DNA of 64,000 nucleotides from Candidatus Avelusimicrobium gallicola. GTDB lineage: Bacteria; Elusimicrobiota; Elusimicrobia; Elusimicrobiales; UBA9959. Within the stretch, counting starts at the first letter, position 1. Every line of letters starts with the position of its first letter. The stretch covers positions 269-64,268 of the forward strand of contig DYLH01000005.1 of the NCBI GenBank assembly GCA_020722185.1. The letters are read 5' to 3'. The translations under genes were made by a program, and so were the position numbers. Positions 48,001 to 54,786 of the stretch are shown piece by piece. The notes beneath the pieces are model-generated. The model was not told the origin of the DNA and searched no databases. It saw only the letters and a list, made by a program, of their open reading frames with translations.

Positions 48001-48053
48001 TCGAGACTTGAAACCTCGCTTATGAGATTCTCTATTTCATTCTTTTCTTTCAT
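42033..48053 (-). CDS. Giant coiled-coil protein (2006 aa), no enzymatic or membrane motif recognised
   Basis: One uninterrupted ORF. E/K/L/I/S-dominated heptad-like sequence end to end. No signal peptide, TM helix or Walker A. GGAG 8 nt upstream of the ATG. Contains a 320-aa exact internal duplication. Confidence 0.7.
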   Translation of the reverse strand: MKEKNEIENLISEVSSLDTAKMTLRWALEKISGMEKEGSELRKNLEIAENSNKELSAKLENIRDSFSARIKTVEDKEEFYRKLEATMQLLGEGKLDVRQLIEKEARIDILRRELENDYQKKFEELDKSQKNMVENWNRRLLETESQYSQKLAEAQKKYDELNIELQRSYDKRISSLQASYSDREKELMERVNFLENSAKEKEEWIKNRQAALEAEYIAKKEEVSQAYEKYKESLAFNMNNRLMSIEEERKKEIKSLHMAWDKERARLEESAKEMAEKYWQAQEQIKNLENKIIEIKKRFDEELILKISETEQKFISDKSAFEAERSRLNQENEKLRETLHEIEMKYAQEKERLLKEYQKSIESSQKAMEDMRVESEKSYQQRIENLSKKFEEEILAKQNEIFELNERLRIKESEFEQKMSQALEEKEKNFEIKLKKIEENKEKIETEKNSLIEKIGLLNKEYEDKIEELKNELIKEKNELSQKYREDMESALKAKEDYYLEQLSAVRSENEEEKASIAATYIARIENAQKRIGEMQELLSRTESRFIAEREKALGDLRKEFSHRESELLSANEELKNSFSLIKADYENAILGKEVEVRKLSEDIAKKEKEYSLELEKARSEFASQIQDIKAEYEKREKQLILELEQKEAVNSDKIKEIKSRFEAEKKEMEERFIGENLSLRSEYEKKYSGELVARSEKIKELEELLNKKEKELREKIEKTNSQWQETLSIKESEFEQKMSQALEEKEKNFEIKLKKIEENKEKIETEKNSLIEKIGLLNKEYEDKIEELKNELIKEKNELSQKYREDMESALKAKEDYYLEQLSAVRSENEEEKASIAATYIARIENAQKRIGEMQELLSRTESRFIAEREKALGDLRKEFSHRESELLSANEELKNSFSLIKADYENAILGKEVEVRKLSEDIAKKEKEYSLELEKARSEFASQIQDIKAEYEKREKQLILELEQKEAVNSDKIKEIKSRFEAEKKEMEERFIGENLSLRSEYEKKYSGELVARSEKIKELEELLNKKEKELREKIEKTNSQWQETLSIKESEFDKERTDLKNSIENLKNQMEIEKKSLEDKISERISFYESKISSISKEKDEAIINLRKENQESALKWEKEIEKISQQKEEMRQSFWQAMGDVLLKASAEKDDILMKYEEEKTAIEADYEEKLNKINEKLKLVSAEKEELKNQLMANFNEREKEIEERHNKEMENLRKRFEEKVANLKATYEEAKSKYENEMMILLENERTKRKEISKSFDNEIAQKDATLSALLKDKEEIILSLTKDFEKNSEKLKSEYEKLISELKQKDEVALKEEKDKYEKMVSEYESKISDLFVKFSQEKAAISDHLRQQISQREQEYQARALSLEEEKAQIEKKYEDIIKDYEKKLTDKDIEFREAIESLEVKHRESENSLRNSLSQDYAEKIRLISLEFENRKKEIQEEKNLFYSQMKKEMDELKSEKEKERVLRVKETNSLNEEIERLRSEILSREKDFDFRLRKISEKYKQENEVSIREIREESKSKIEDIKKQYEQEYQQNLEMHKEVYDKERINWGKEKEHLEKIADAAVFELGQVKEKLASAIEENKDLSSKLADLEINSRRLLAQQKAEMESEFSQRIEKQVKAETESLNNKILAYEEELSQSFRILNSKDEEIKSLSERLSAFQREMDEKMESFQNEVSRKQAEIYAEKYKKAKADLENSMKSQIEDIKSEFSMKEDSLRKESSSLKERISALSAELIQSKERESQLTQEAVEMAKEFSQEKAQIVDSMSKDFNKRLAEAVSRATAMLEEKLDITQRELVELNERSVYEIEKMRESYKADKERMLSVLAEKDAAMKEAEEKMEKLKEEISKYRDNYSSMLAQHLAQEEKRFSETLASYRAEQAAMEEKFIQENNSLKELYNKRVAQMQQTIEEMEKNMSAKDSMLSLKQSRLNEMEVKLQEKLTEIDKENARKAEEFEKRERELETRRLDLEREYAKRQSEIENLRLELTRTIAEYKNKAR
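44887..46827. repeat. Perfect tandem duplication, 960-bp unit, 2.02 copies, in frame
   Basis: Line-by-line comparison shows every base from 44887-45867 is identical to 45847-46827 (offset 960). The 21-nt TCAAATTCTGACTCTTTTATG occurs at 44887, 45847 and 46807. Confidence 0.95.
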
Positions 48054-48184
48054 AATTTTCTCCGCTTGAAAATATTTCCGCTTTTATTTTCACAATCTTA
48101 TTATAACAGGCCGGTAGTTTTATTTATGTTACATTTTTGTAAAATTTATATTTAGGTAGAACGGTTTTAGTAAAAACTGGCAAT
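48054..48184. promoter_or_regulatory. Divergent promoter region (giant-gene operon versus 138-aa gene)
   Basis: 131-nt AT-rich spacer between divergent starts. On the minus strand a perfect TATAAT lies at 48100-48105, ~45 nt upstream of the giant-gene ATG, with a weak -35. Not validated. Confidence 0.3.
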
Positions 48185-48601
48185 ATGAAGAAGAAAATAC
48201 TTGTATTTCTTGCGATTATAATAATTACAGTTTGTTTCTATAATATGTCTTTCCTTATGTCAAGAATAGTTTCGATTAATCTGGAAGTAAGCATTTCCCC
48301 AGAAATAGCTTCTAAGTATTTTTCTCAAAACAATATGCTGCTCATTATGATAAAAAACTCCAAAGGAGCTCCACTTGGAGTAAAAAAAATAATAGATCCG
48401 ATATACCCCCTCAGAACAAGGATAACAAGCGAAGACATACTCTTAAAGGATCTAATAACTCCCAAACTTGAACTATCTGCTGAAATGAATTCTCACGGTT
48501 TGGCTGGAGAGAGAAAAAAAGGCGATTTTTTTTCCTCTAAAAATGAAAAGACTTTCATAATTTCAACCAACAAAACTATTCAGCTAGACTCTCTCGAGTA
48601 G
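48185..48601 (+). CDS. Hypothetical N-terminally anchored protein
   Basis: N-terminal hydrophobic helix KILVFLAIIIITVCFY. No secure family assignment. Confidence 0.4.
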   Translation: MKKKILVFLAIIIITVCFYNMSFLMSRIVSINLEVSISPEIASKYFSQNNMLLIMIKNSKGAPLGVKKIIDPIYPLRTRITSEDILLKDLITPKLELSAEMNSHGLAGERKKGDFFSSKNEKTFIISTNKTIQLDSLE

Positions 48602-48715
48602 GGGACACTGAAAAAAGTGCCCGCAAATAGGCCTTTAGACCTAATTGATATTATTACCTTTGAAACTTGTGATTTTAAGGCAATTGTGCAAAAATGTTTT
48701 TATAGGGGAGGGGGT

Positions 48716-48898
48716 ATGACCTGGAAAGAAATAAATACAAACTATGAAAAAAATGGCGGAGTTGCTTCTTTAAAAAAAGAAGAGATGACTCGTGTGGGCA
48801 AAAACTGGAAAAAGCTCATGGACTCAACTGACAAACTTTTGTGGCTTTTTATGATTTCTAATGAGCTACAAAAAAGAACAACAAACAAAGAAAACTAA
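48716..48898 (+). CDS. Small hypothetical protein (60 aa)
   Basis: ATG at 48716 is preceded by GGGGAGGGGG. The track ORF begins at GTG 48617 inside a hairpin with no RBS, so the internal start is preferred. Confidence 0.3.
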   Translation: MTWKEINTNYEKNGGVASLKKEEMTRVGKNWKKLMDSTDKLLWLFMISNELQKRTTNKEN

Positions 48899-48901
48899 AC
48901 A

Positions 48902-49111
48902 CTATATTTTTGAAAGAGCCATATACAAAAGCAAAAGTCCAGAAAGCCAAAAGAAAAGAGCGGCTTTCTGCCTTATCATAGAAAGGTATGAGTTGTTTAA
49001 AATTGTATCCTTGATTAAGTCGCTTATATTGTAAATTTTTTGAGGTTTATAAAGGAAACAATATCCGATAAAACAGAAAAACAATCCGAGAATAAGTTTT
49101 AAAAAAATCAT
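48902..49111 (-). CDS. Small two-TM membrane protein
   Basis: 69 aa with two hydrophobic helices. Lies 18 nt downstream of pth on the same strand. Confidence 0.35.
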   Translation of the reverse strand: MIFLKLILGLFFCFIGYCFLYKPQKIYNISDLIKDTILNNSYLSMIRQKAALFFWLSGLLLLYMALSKI

Positions 49112-49129
49112 AGTTTAGCTCAGTGTTCC

Positions 49130-49696
49130 CTAATTAAACAGATTCATCGCCTTTTCTATATCTTCTTCCAATATTTTCTTGCAAGCCATTGAAGATTTTT
49201 CAAGCACACCATTAATATATTCACACTGTTGTCTATCAAAATTGCCGAGAACAAAATTTTTCAAATCAAATTTGGCTGGGACAGGCCCAACGCCTATTTT
49301 AATCCTCTTTATACAATCAGTTGAAAAATGCTCTATAATCGATTTTACTCCATTATGTCCGCCAGCGGAACCGCATTTCCTAATACGGATATTTCCGAGA
49401 TCAATTGAAATATCGTCAAATATAATGAGCAAATTTGGATAATCTATTTTATAAAAGTCTAAAAACTTTTTAAGAGGCGCTCCTGAATTATTCATATATG
49501 AAAGCGGCTTTAATAACCATATCTTTTTCCCAGCAAAGATCCCGCATGAAAATTCTATTTCTTTTTTCCACAAAGAAAAATTTCCAAAACCTAAAACATT
49601 TGAAAGATGTTCTACTGCTAAAAAACCGATATTGTGTCTTGTTCTTTCGTATTCTTTTCCAGGATTCCCCAAACCTGCTATGGCAAAATTATCCAT
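49130..49696 (-). CDS. pth: Peptidyl-tRNA hydrolase
   Basis: AIAGLGNPGKEYERTRHNIGF. Start placed at MDNFAIAGLGNPG (49696), because Pth proteins have very short N-termini. The track start 49744 is possible. Confidence 0.85.
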   Translation of the reverse strand: MDNFAIAGLGNPGKEYERTRHNIGFLAVEHLSNVLGFGNFSLWKKEIEFSCGIFAGKKIWLLKPLSYMNNSGAPLKKFLDFYKIDYPNLLIIFDDISIDLGNIRIRKCGSAGGHNGVKSIIEHFSTDCIKRIKIGVGPVPAKFDLKNFVLGNFDRQQCEYINGVLEKSSMACKKILEEDIEKAMNLFN

Positions 49697-49745
49697 ATTC
49701 AAAAAAATGGGGCCGAGTCTTAACTCAGCCCCATTGTCAAACAAT

Positions 49746-50444
49746 TTATTTTTTGGCTTCAGGTTTCTTTTCAGCCGCTGGTTTTGCAGCTTCTTTTCCA
49801 GCCTCGGCGCCTTCCTCTTCTTTCTTACCCTTAGCTATAACTTCTGGTTCCTGAGCGCCCTCTGGGGTGGCAGCCACTTTCTCTATAACTTCTTCTTTAG
49901 GAGTTATTACGCTGGCCACTATCCTTTCGCCATCTTCTTTTATTTCAACTTTTTCAACCTTTATGTCTTTCACTCTTATGGAGTCGCCTATTTTGAGATT
50001 TGTAACATCAACCACAATTTCTTGAGGTATGTCTGAAGGCAAACATCTTACAGTAAACTCTCTCATATCATGCTCTATTATTCCACCTTGAGTTTTTACT
50101 CCATATGCTTCGCCCACAAATTTAAGAGGAACTTTAACTTCTATTTTATCTTTCAAAGAGACTCTATAAAAGTCCACATGTATTATTTTTCCACTGACTA
50201 CATGCCTCTGTATTTCTTTGACAATAACGCTATCTTCAACCTTATCATATTTCAGCTTTATTATCGCATTATGTCCTTTTTTCATTATTGACACAAACTC
50301 TTTCTCATTTATAGAAAGCGAAAGGGATTTTTTTTCTGTGCCATACACAACAGCCGGGACAATACCTTGAGTTCGAAGGGAACTGTTTACTCCCCTAACT
50401 CCAGTCTTTTCTCTCAAAGAAGCATTAAGCAAAAGTTGTTCCAT
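49746..50444 (-). CDS. rplY: 50S ribosomal protein L25/general stress protein Ctc with K/E/A-rich C-terminal extension
   Basis: SSLRTQGIVPAVVYG motif. Two-domain Ctc form. Conserved glmU-prs-ctc-pth order. Confidence 0.85.
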   Translation of the reverse strand: MEQLLLNASLREKTGVRGVNSSLRTQGIVPAVVYGTEKKSLSLSINEKEFVSIMKKGHNAIIKLKYDKVEDSVIVKEIQRHVVSGKIIHVDFYRVSLKDKIEVKVPLKFVGEAYGVKTQGGIIEHDMREFTVRCLPSDIPQEIVVDVTNLKIGDSIRVKDIKVEKVEIKEDGERIVASVITPKEEVIEKVAATPEGAQEPEVIAKGKKEEEGAEAGKEAAKPAAEKKPEAKK

Positions 50445-50467
50445 ACTTCCTCCTTGTAAAACGAGTA

Positions 50468-51418
50468 TTAGTTGAAAAGCTCGCTTATAGATTCTCTCAA
50501 ATGGTTTCTTCTAATAGCTTCTGCTAAAATACCGGAAACCGATACACTCCTTATTTTAGCACTTTTTGAGGCATCAATTCCAATGGTATCTGTCAAAACC
50601 AACTCTTCTATAGGCGATTTATCTATTTTTTCAATGGCATTTAAAGAGAGAACACCATGAGTGCAGCAAGCTATTATCTTGGACGCTCCCCGCTCCTTTA
50701 TAGTCTTGGCGACCTCAGTTAATGTGCCGGCAGTATCCACAAGATCATCAAATATAATGCAATTCATCCCCTCTACGCTACCTATGACATTGAATACTTC
50801 CGCTTGATTTGGCTTTGGTCTTCTTTTGTCTATTATCACCAATCCCAAATCAAGCCTCTTGGCAAAAGACCTTGATCTTTCCACACTCCCCACATCTGGG
50901 GATACAACAACCATATTTTCCAGATTTTTATTTCTTATGTAATCAAGTATCACCGGCCTTGCATAAAGATGGTCGAGAGGTATATCAAAAAATCCCTGTA
51001 TCTGAGGCGCATGAAGATCTATCGTTATCACTCTGTCAGCCCCAGCTTCAGTTATTAGATTGGCCACAAGTTTTGCTGTTATGGCCACTCTTGGCGCAGG
51101 TTTTCTATCAGCTCTGGCATAGCCGTAATAAGGGATAACCGCAGTTATTCTACCCGCCGATGCCCGTCTAAGAGCATCCATCATTATCAATAGTTCCATC
51201 AAATTTTCATTTACTGGATTGCATGTGGATTGTACTATATAACAATCCTCGCCCCTTACATTTTCAAGTATATGAACATCTATTTCCCCATCTGCAAAGC
51301 GCGAAACCTTAGAACTGCTAAGCGGTATGCCAAGATGCTCGCATATCCTAGTCGCCAACTGTGGATTTGAATTACCACAAAAAACTCTCATAGAACCGCT
51401 TTTCCAGTATTCTTTCAC
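50468..51418 (-). CDS. prs: Ribose-phosphate pyrophosphokinase
   Basis: DLHAPQIQGFFDIPLDHL and the PRPP loop IIFDDLVDTAGT. GTG start gives a GTGA overlap with glmU. Alternative ATG at 51391 (MRVFCGNSNP). Confidence 0.9.
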   Translation of the reverse strand: MKEYWKSGSMRVFCGNSNPQLATRICEHLGIPLSSSKVSRFADGEIDVHILENVRGEDCYIVQSTCNPVNENLMELLIMMDALRRASAGRITAVIPYYGYARADRKPAPRVAITAKLVANLITEAGADRVITIDLHAPQIQGFFDIPLDHLYARPVILDYIRNKNLENMVVVSPDVGSVERSRSFAKRLDLGLVIIDKRRPKPNQAEVFNVIGSVEGMNCIIFDDLVDTAGTLTEVAKTIKERGASKIIACCTHGVLSLNAIEKIDKSPIEELVLTDTIGIDASKSAKIRSVSVSGILAEAIRRNHLRESISELFN

Positions 51419-52803
51419 TTTTTCCTCCTATACTTTATAACCTGTCTTGCCCTGGCAAGCGCTAGAGAACCTTCAGGCACATCCTCAGTTATGGTGGAAC
51501 CTGCGCCTATAAGAGCCCTTTTACCAACCTTAACTGGAGCAACCAGATTTGTGTTTGAACCAATAAAAGCTTCATCATCAATGTAAGTTTTATTCTTTTT
51601 TACTCCGTCATAATTGCATGTTATAGTGCCGGCACCTATATTGACTTTTTCACCCATATAGGTGTCTCCAATATAGCTTAAATGAGGCACTTTTGAACCT
51701 TTGCCTATGAAAGACTTTTTCACTTCTGAAAAATTGCCAACTTTTGCCCTTTGACTTAAAACTGTCTCCGGTCTCAAATGAGAAAATGGCCCAATATTCA
51801 CATTTTCGCCCGCCTTGCTTGAATAAAGACAGGAAAAAGGTTTTATCTCGCTTCCTGAATCTATTTCGCAATCTTCTATGACACAATACGGTCCTATTAC
51901 GCAAGATTTGCCAATTTTGGTTTCACCTCTTATGACAACGCCAGGATATATTGTGGTATCCTTGCCTATCTTTGACTCCATGGAAATATAAATATTTTCT
52001 GGATCCACTATATTGACGCCTTCTTCATAGAGTTGTTCAATCTTTCTCTTAACAGAACGCATATATAAATCGGAAAGCTCTTTTTTTGAATTTACTCCAG
52101 TTATCTGAATTTCATCCTTTATCCTATAAAGCTCTGTTTTACCTCTGTTTGAGTATATGTAAGAGATACAATCTGTCAGATAATATTCTTTTTTTGGCCC
52201 TTGTGGTTTAAGAGAAGAAAGAGCTTTTTTAAGAATTTTTGTTCTAAAAATATAAATGCCAGAGTTTATTTCCTTTATCAAAAGCTGATCAGAATCTGCG
52301 TCCGAAGCCTCAACTATCGCCTTAAAATTACTCTTGTCGTCCCTTATTATACGGCCATAAGTTTTGGCATCTTCCACATGACAGCTGAGGACAATACAAT
52401 CGCATCTTGTTCGGAAAAACTTATCTGACATTTTATTAAGAGTTGATTCTTTTATAAGTGGCACATCCCCTGAGAGTATCATAACAGAATCTGAAACTGA
52501 AACACTTTCCAGAGATTCAAGAACAGCCCTTCCACTACCTTTCAAAAGTTTCTGTCTGACAAAAACAACCTCAGTAGCTGTATTAATGTTTTGGAGCCAT
52601 TTTAAAACAAAAGACTCCACATCATCCGCTTTGTGACCAACAACTACTATCGCTTTATCTGGATTTAGAGATAAAGCTGTCTTTAAAACCCGTATTATCA
52701 AAGGAACCCCATCAAATTTGTGAAGCACTTTTGGATAATCTGATTTCATCCTGGTGCCAAGACCGGCGGCAAGCACTATTACAGAAAGTTTATTATTGGA
52801 CAT
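51415..52803 (-). CDS. glmU: Bifunctional UDP-N-acetylglucosamine pyrophosphorylase / GlcN-1-P acetyltransferase
   Basis: VIVLAAGLGTRMKSDYPKVLH. C-terminal left-handed beta-helix hexapeptide repeats. 462 aa. Confidence 0.9.
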   Translation of the reverse strand: MSNNKLSVIVLAAGLGTRMKSDYPKVLHKFDGVPLIIRVLKTALSLNPDKAIVVVGHKADDVESFVLKWLQNINTATEVVFVRQKLLKGSGRAVLESLESVSVSDSVMILSGDVPLIKESTLNKMSDKFFRTRCDCIVLSCHVEDAKTYGRIIRDDKSNFKAIVEASDADSDQLLIKEINSGIYIFRTKILKKALSSLKPQGPKKEYYLTDCISYIYSNRGKTELYRIKDEIQITGVNSKKELSDLYMRSVKRKIEQLYEEGVNIVDPENIYISMESKIGKDTTIYPGVVIRGETKIGKSCVIGPYCVIEDCEIDSGSEIKPFSCLYSSKAGENVNIGPFSHLRPETVLSQRAKVGNFSEVKKSFIGKGSKVPHLSYIGDTYMGEKVNIGAGTITCNYDGVKKNKTYIDDEAFIGSNTNLVAPVKVGKRALIGAGSTITEDVPEGSLALARARQVIKYRRKK

Positions 52804-52898
52804 AATTAGATTTTACAAAATTTTAATCTTTTCTCACTTTGGCTCTTTAGCGCTTAAACTTCGCAATTTCCTCTTTAAGATTTTTTGACACTTTTTCT

Positions 52899-53678
52899 TT
52901 ATGATATTCCTATGGCCACCAGAAGAGCGCTTACGAAGTAGTCTATGGTAAGTATAAGAACCATTGAAGAAACCACTGACTCGGTAGTGGCTTTTCCCAC
53001 CCCCTGAGCTCCCCCCTCAGCGTAAAGACCCTTATAGCATGACACTGTGGCTATTGTCAAAGCGAAGAAAAAGCTTTTTATAAAACCATGCATAAAATTC
53101 TTTATTTCCATGTAGTTCAAGATATCGTCGAAATAAATGCTTGATGCAACTGAAAGCTTTACTGAACTGACTATGAAACCGCCAGCTATTCCAATAAAGT
53201 CGCTAAATACTGTAAGCACTGGAAGAGCTATAAAAAAAGCGAAATATCTTGGAATTATGAGGTATGAGGATGGATTTGTACCAAGCGTATATAAGGCATC
53301 TATTTGTTCAGTCACACGCATAGTCCCTATTTCAGCAGTGACAGCTGCGCCAGCCCTGCCTGCAACAACTATGGCTGTCAAAACAGGACCTAACTCTTTA
53401 ACAAGGGCAAACCCTACCACACTGCCAACATAAAGGGGCTCGTTAAAAAGAGATTTTGAGGTGTAGCCACTTTGAAGAGCAAGCACCATCCCGGCAAATA
53501 GACTGGTTAAAGAGGTTACGCTCAAAGACTGCACGCCTATTCTAACTGTCTGTTTTATTATTTCCTTTTTTTCCAGTGGGGAATAAAACATCCATAAAAA
53601 AGCGAACTTAGCCATATAATAAGTTTGGCCAAGTTTTCTTGAAAGCTCAATTAAATTTCTTCCTATAAAGTAAAACAT
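52899..53678 (-). CDS. mlaE: MlaE-family ABC transporter permease
   Basis: 259 aa. Typical MlaE/YrbE helices and ELGPVLTAIVVAGRAGAAVTAEIGTMRVTEQIDAL motif. Confidence 0.8.
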   Translation of the reverse strand: MFYFIGRNLIELSRKLGQTYYMAKFAFLWMFYSPLEKKEIIKQTVRIGVQSLSVTSLTSLFAGMVLALQSGYTSKSLFNEPLYVGSVVGFALVKELGPVLTAIVVAGRAGAAVTAEIGTMRVTEQIDALYTLGTNPSSYLIIPRYFAFFIALPVLTVFSDFIGIAGGFIVSSVKLSVASSIYFDDILNYMEIKNFMHGFIKSFFFALTIATVSCYKGLYAEGGAQGVGKATTESVVSSMVLILTIDYFVSALLVAIGIS

Positions 53679-53684
53679 TAGTTT

Positions 53685-54785
53685 CTAATCTTTGACATAA
53701 AACCGCGGCACCCTTTGCATAACAAGAGTAGCTATTTCATAACCTATGGTTCCAGCCCACTTTGCAAGCTGATTTACGCTTATTCTCTCATTTTCGCTTT
53801 CTCCAAGAAGTATAACCTCATCTCCCACTTTTGCTTTTTTTACGGCGCTTATGTCCACCATTGTCATATCCATAGTGACATTGCCTATCACTGGACATCT
53901 CTTTCCAGATATAAGAACATAAGCCTTGTTTGAAAAAGCTCTTAGATAACCATCTCCATATCCTATTGGCAGAGTGGCAACCCTGATGTTTTTTTGGGCT
54001 TTGAATGTTTTGTTATAGCTTATGAAGGAGTCTTTCTTTACTGTTTTGATAAATACTATCTTGCTTTTAAGACTGAGCACCGGCTTAAAGCCATCTACTC
54101 CTCCATATGCCGCCCAGCCACATCGCGCCATATCAAAACGCGCCTGAGGAAAATTTATTAAACCAGCGGAATTGGCTATATGTCTTAAAATATTTCTATC
54201 CTTGCTATAACTATCAGTTATGAGTTTGAATAATTCTATTTGTTTAAGGGAATATCCTTTATCAGTATCGGCGCTGGAAAAATGACTATATAAACCCTCG
54301 ACATATATATTTTCTGATTTTTCAATCGTATCCATTATGTCTATAAAGGCTTTATGACTGACGCCAATTCTATTCATACCGGTTTCAATTTTGATATGGC
54401 ATGGGACTTCTTTGCCTGATTTCCGGGCTGCCATTTGAAGTTCTTTTGCCCCCCATAAGCTTGAAACTGTGGGAGTGAGATCATATCCCGGAAAAGCCAG
54501 AAAATTTTTCATTGGATAAACGCTTCCAAAAACCAGAATAGGCATCTTTATGCCTTTTTCCCTCAGTATGATACCCTCTTCTATTGAAGATACGCCAAAG
54601 CAGTCACAAAGTTTTTTATCTTGCGCAAATGAGGCCACTTCAACTATGCCATGTCCATACGCATTAGCTTTTACGACAAACATCAGTCTTCTTATACTTC
54701 CCAGAATTTTTTTAAGCTTTTTGAGATTGTAAGACAAGTGTGACAAATTTATTTCAGCATGAGTGGGTCTGTATATGTCGCCCAT
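53685..54785 (-). CDS. alr: Alanine racemase
   Basis: FVVKANAYGHG PLP-lysine motif; 366 aa. Confidence 0.85.
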   Translation of the reverse strand: MGDIYRPTHAEINLSHLSYNLKKLKKILGSIRRLMFVVKANAYGHGIVEVASFAQDKKLCDCFGVSSIEEGIILREKGIKMPILVFGSVYPMKNFLAFPGYDLTPTVSSLWGAKELQMAARKSGKEVPCHIKIETGMNRIGVSHKAFIDIMDTIEKSENIYVEGLYSHFSSADTDKGYSLKQIELFKLITDSYSKDRNILRHIANSAGLINFPQARFDMARCGWAAYGGVDGFKPVLSLKSKIVFIKTVKKDSFISYNKTFKAQKNIRVATLPIGYGDGYLRAFSNKAYVLISGKRCPVIGNVTMDMTMVDISAVKKAKVGDEVILLGESENERISVNQLAKWAGTIGYEIATLVMQRVPRFYVKD

Positions 54786-54786
54786 A

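Noticed and set aside
43365-48025. Numerous plus-strand ORFs (60-115 aa, F/S/L-rich) inside the giant gene, two of them with identical N-termini (45610 and 46570)
   Set aside because: They are antisense shadows of E/K/L-rich coiled-coil codons (GAA/AAA/AAG read backwards give TTC/TTT/CTT). They have no RBS or independent support. The identical pair simply reflects the 960-bp duplication.
42033-48053. Calling the 2006-aa protein SMC/Rad50/RecN-like
   Set aside because: No Walker A (GxxxxGK[ST]) at the N-terminus, no signature or Walker B head at the C-terminus, and no hinge-like interruption. Only coiled-coil composition is shared.
23659-48053. The polysaccharide/coiled-coil block as a horizontally acquired island
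   Set aside because: No flanking tRNA, integrase, transposase or island-bounding direct repeats are visible. Base composition looks as AT-rich as the housekeeping flanks. Proper testing needs computed GC and codon statistics, which I cannot run.
48185-48601. Possible relation of the 138-aa protein to the C-terminal domain of cytochrome c biogenesis CcmI/CycH (GAPLGVKKI...SHGLAGERKKGDFFS)
   Set aside because: It rests on a remembered loose pattern only. No ccm genes are nearby and the motif is short, so it is left as hypothetical.
48602-48715. GTG 48617 as the start of a 93-aa protein
   Set aside because: The GTG sits inside an imperfect hairpin (GGGACACT-gaaaaa-AGTGCCC) with no RBS. The ATG at 48716 has a strong GGGGAGGGGG just upstream. 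The hairpin lacks a T-run, so I did not call it a terminator either.
49498-50036. Plus-strand ORFs of 118 and 134 aa
   Set aside because: They are antisense to pth and rplY, both of which have strong family motifs.
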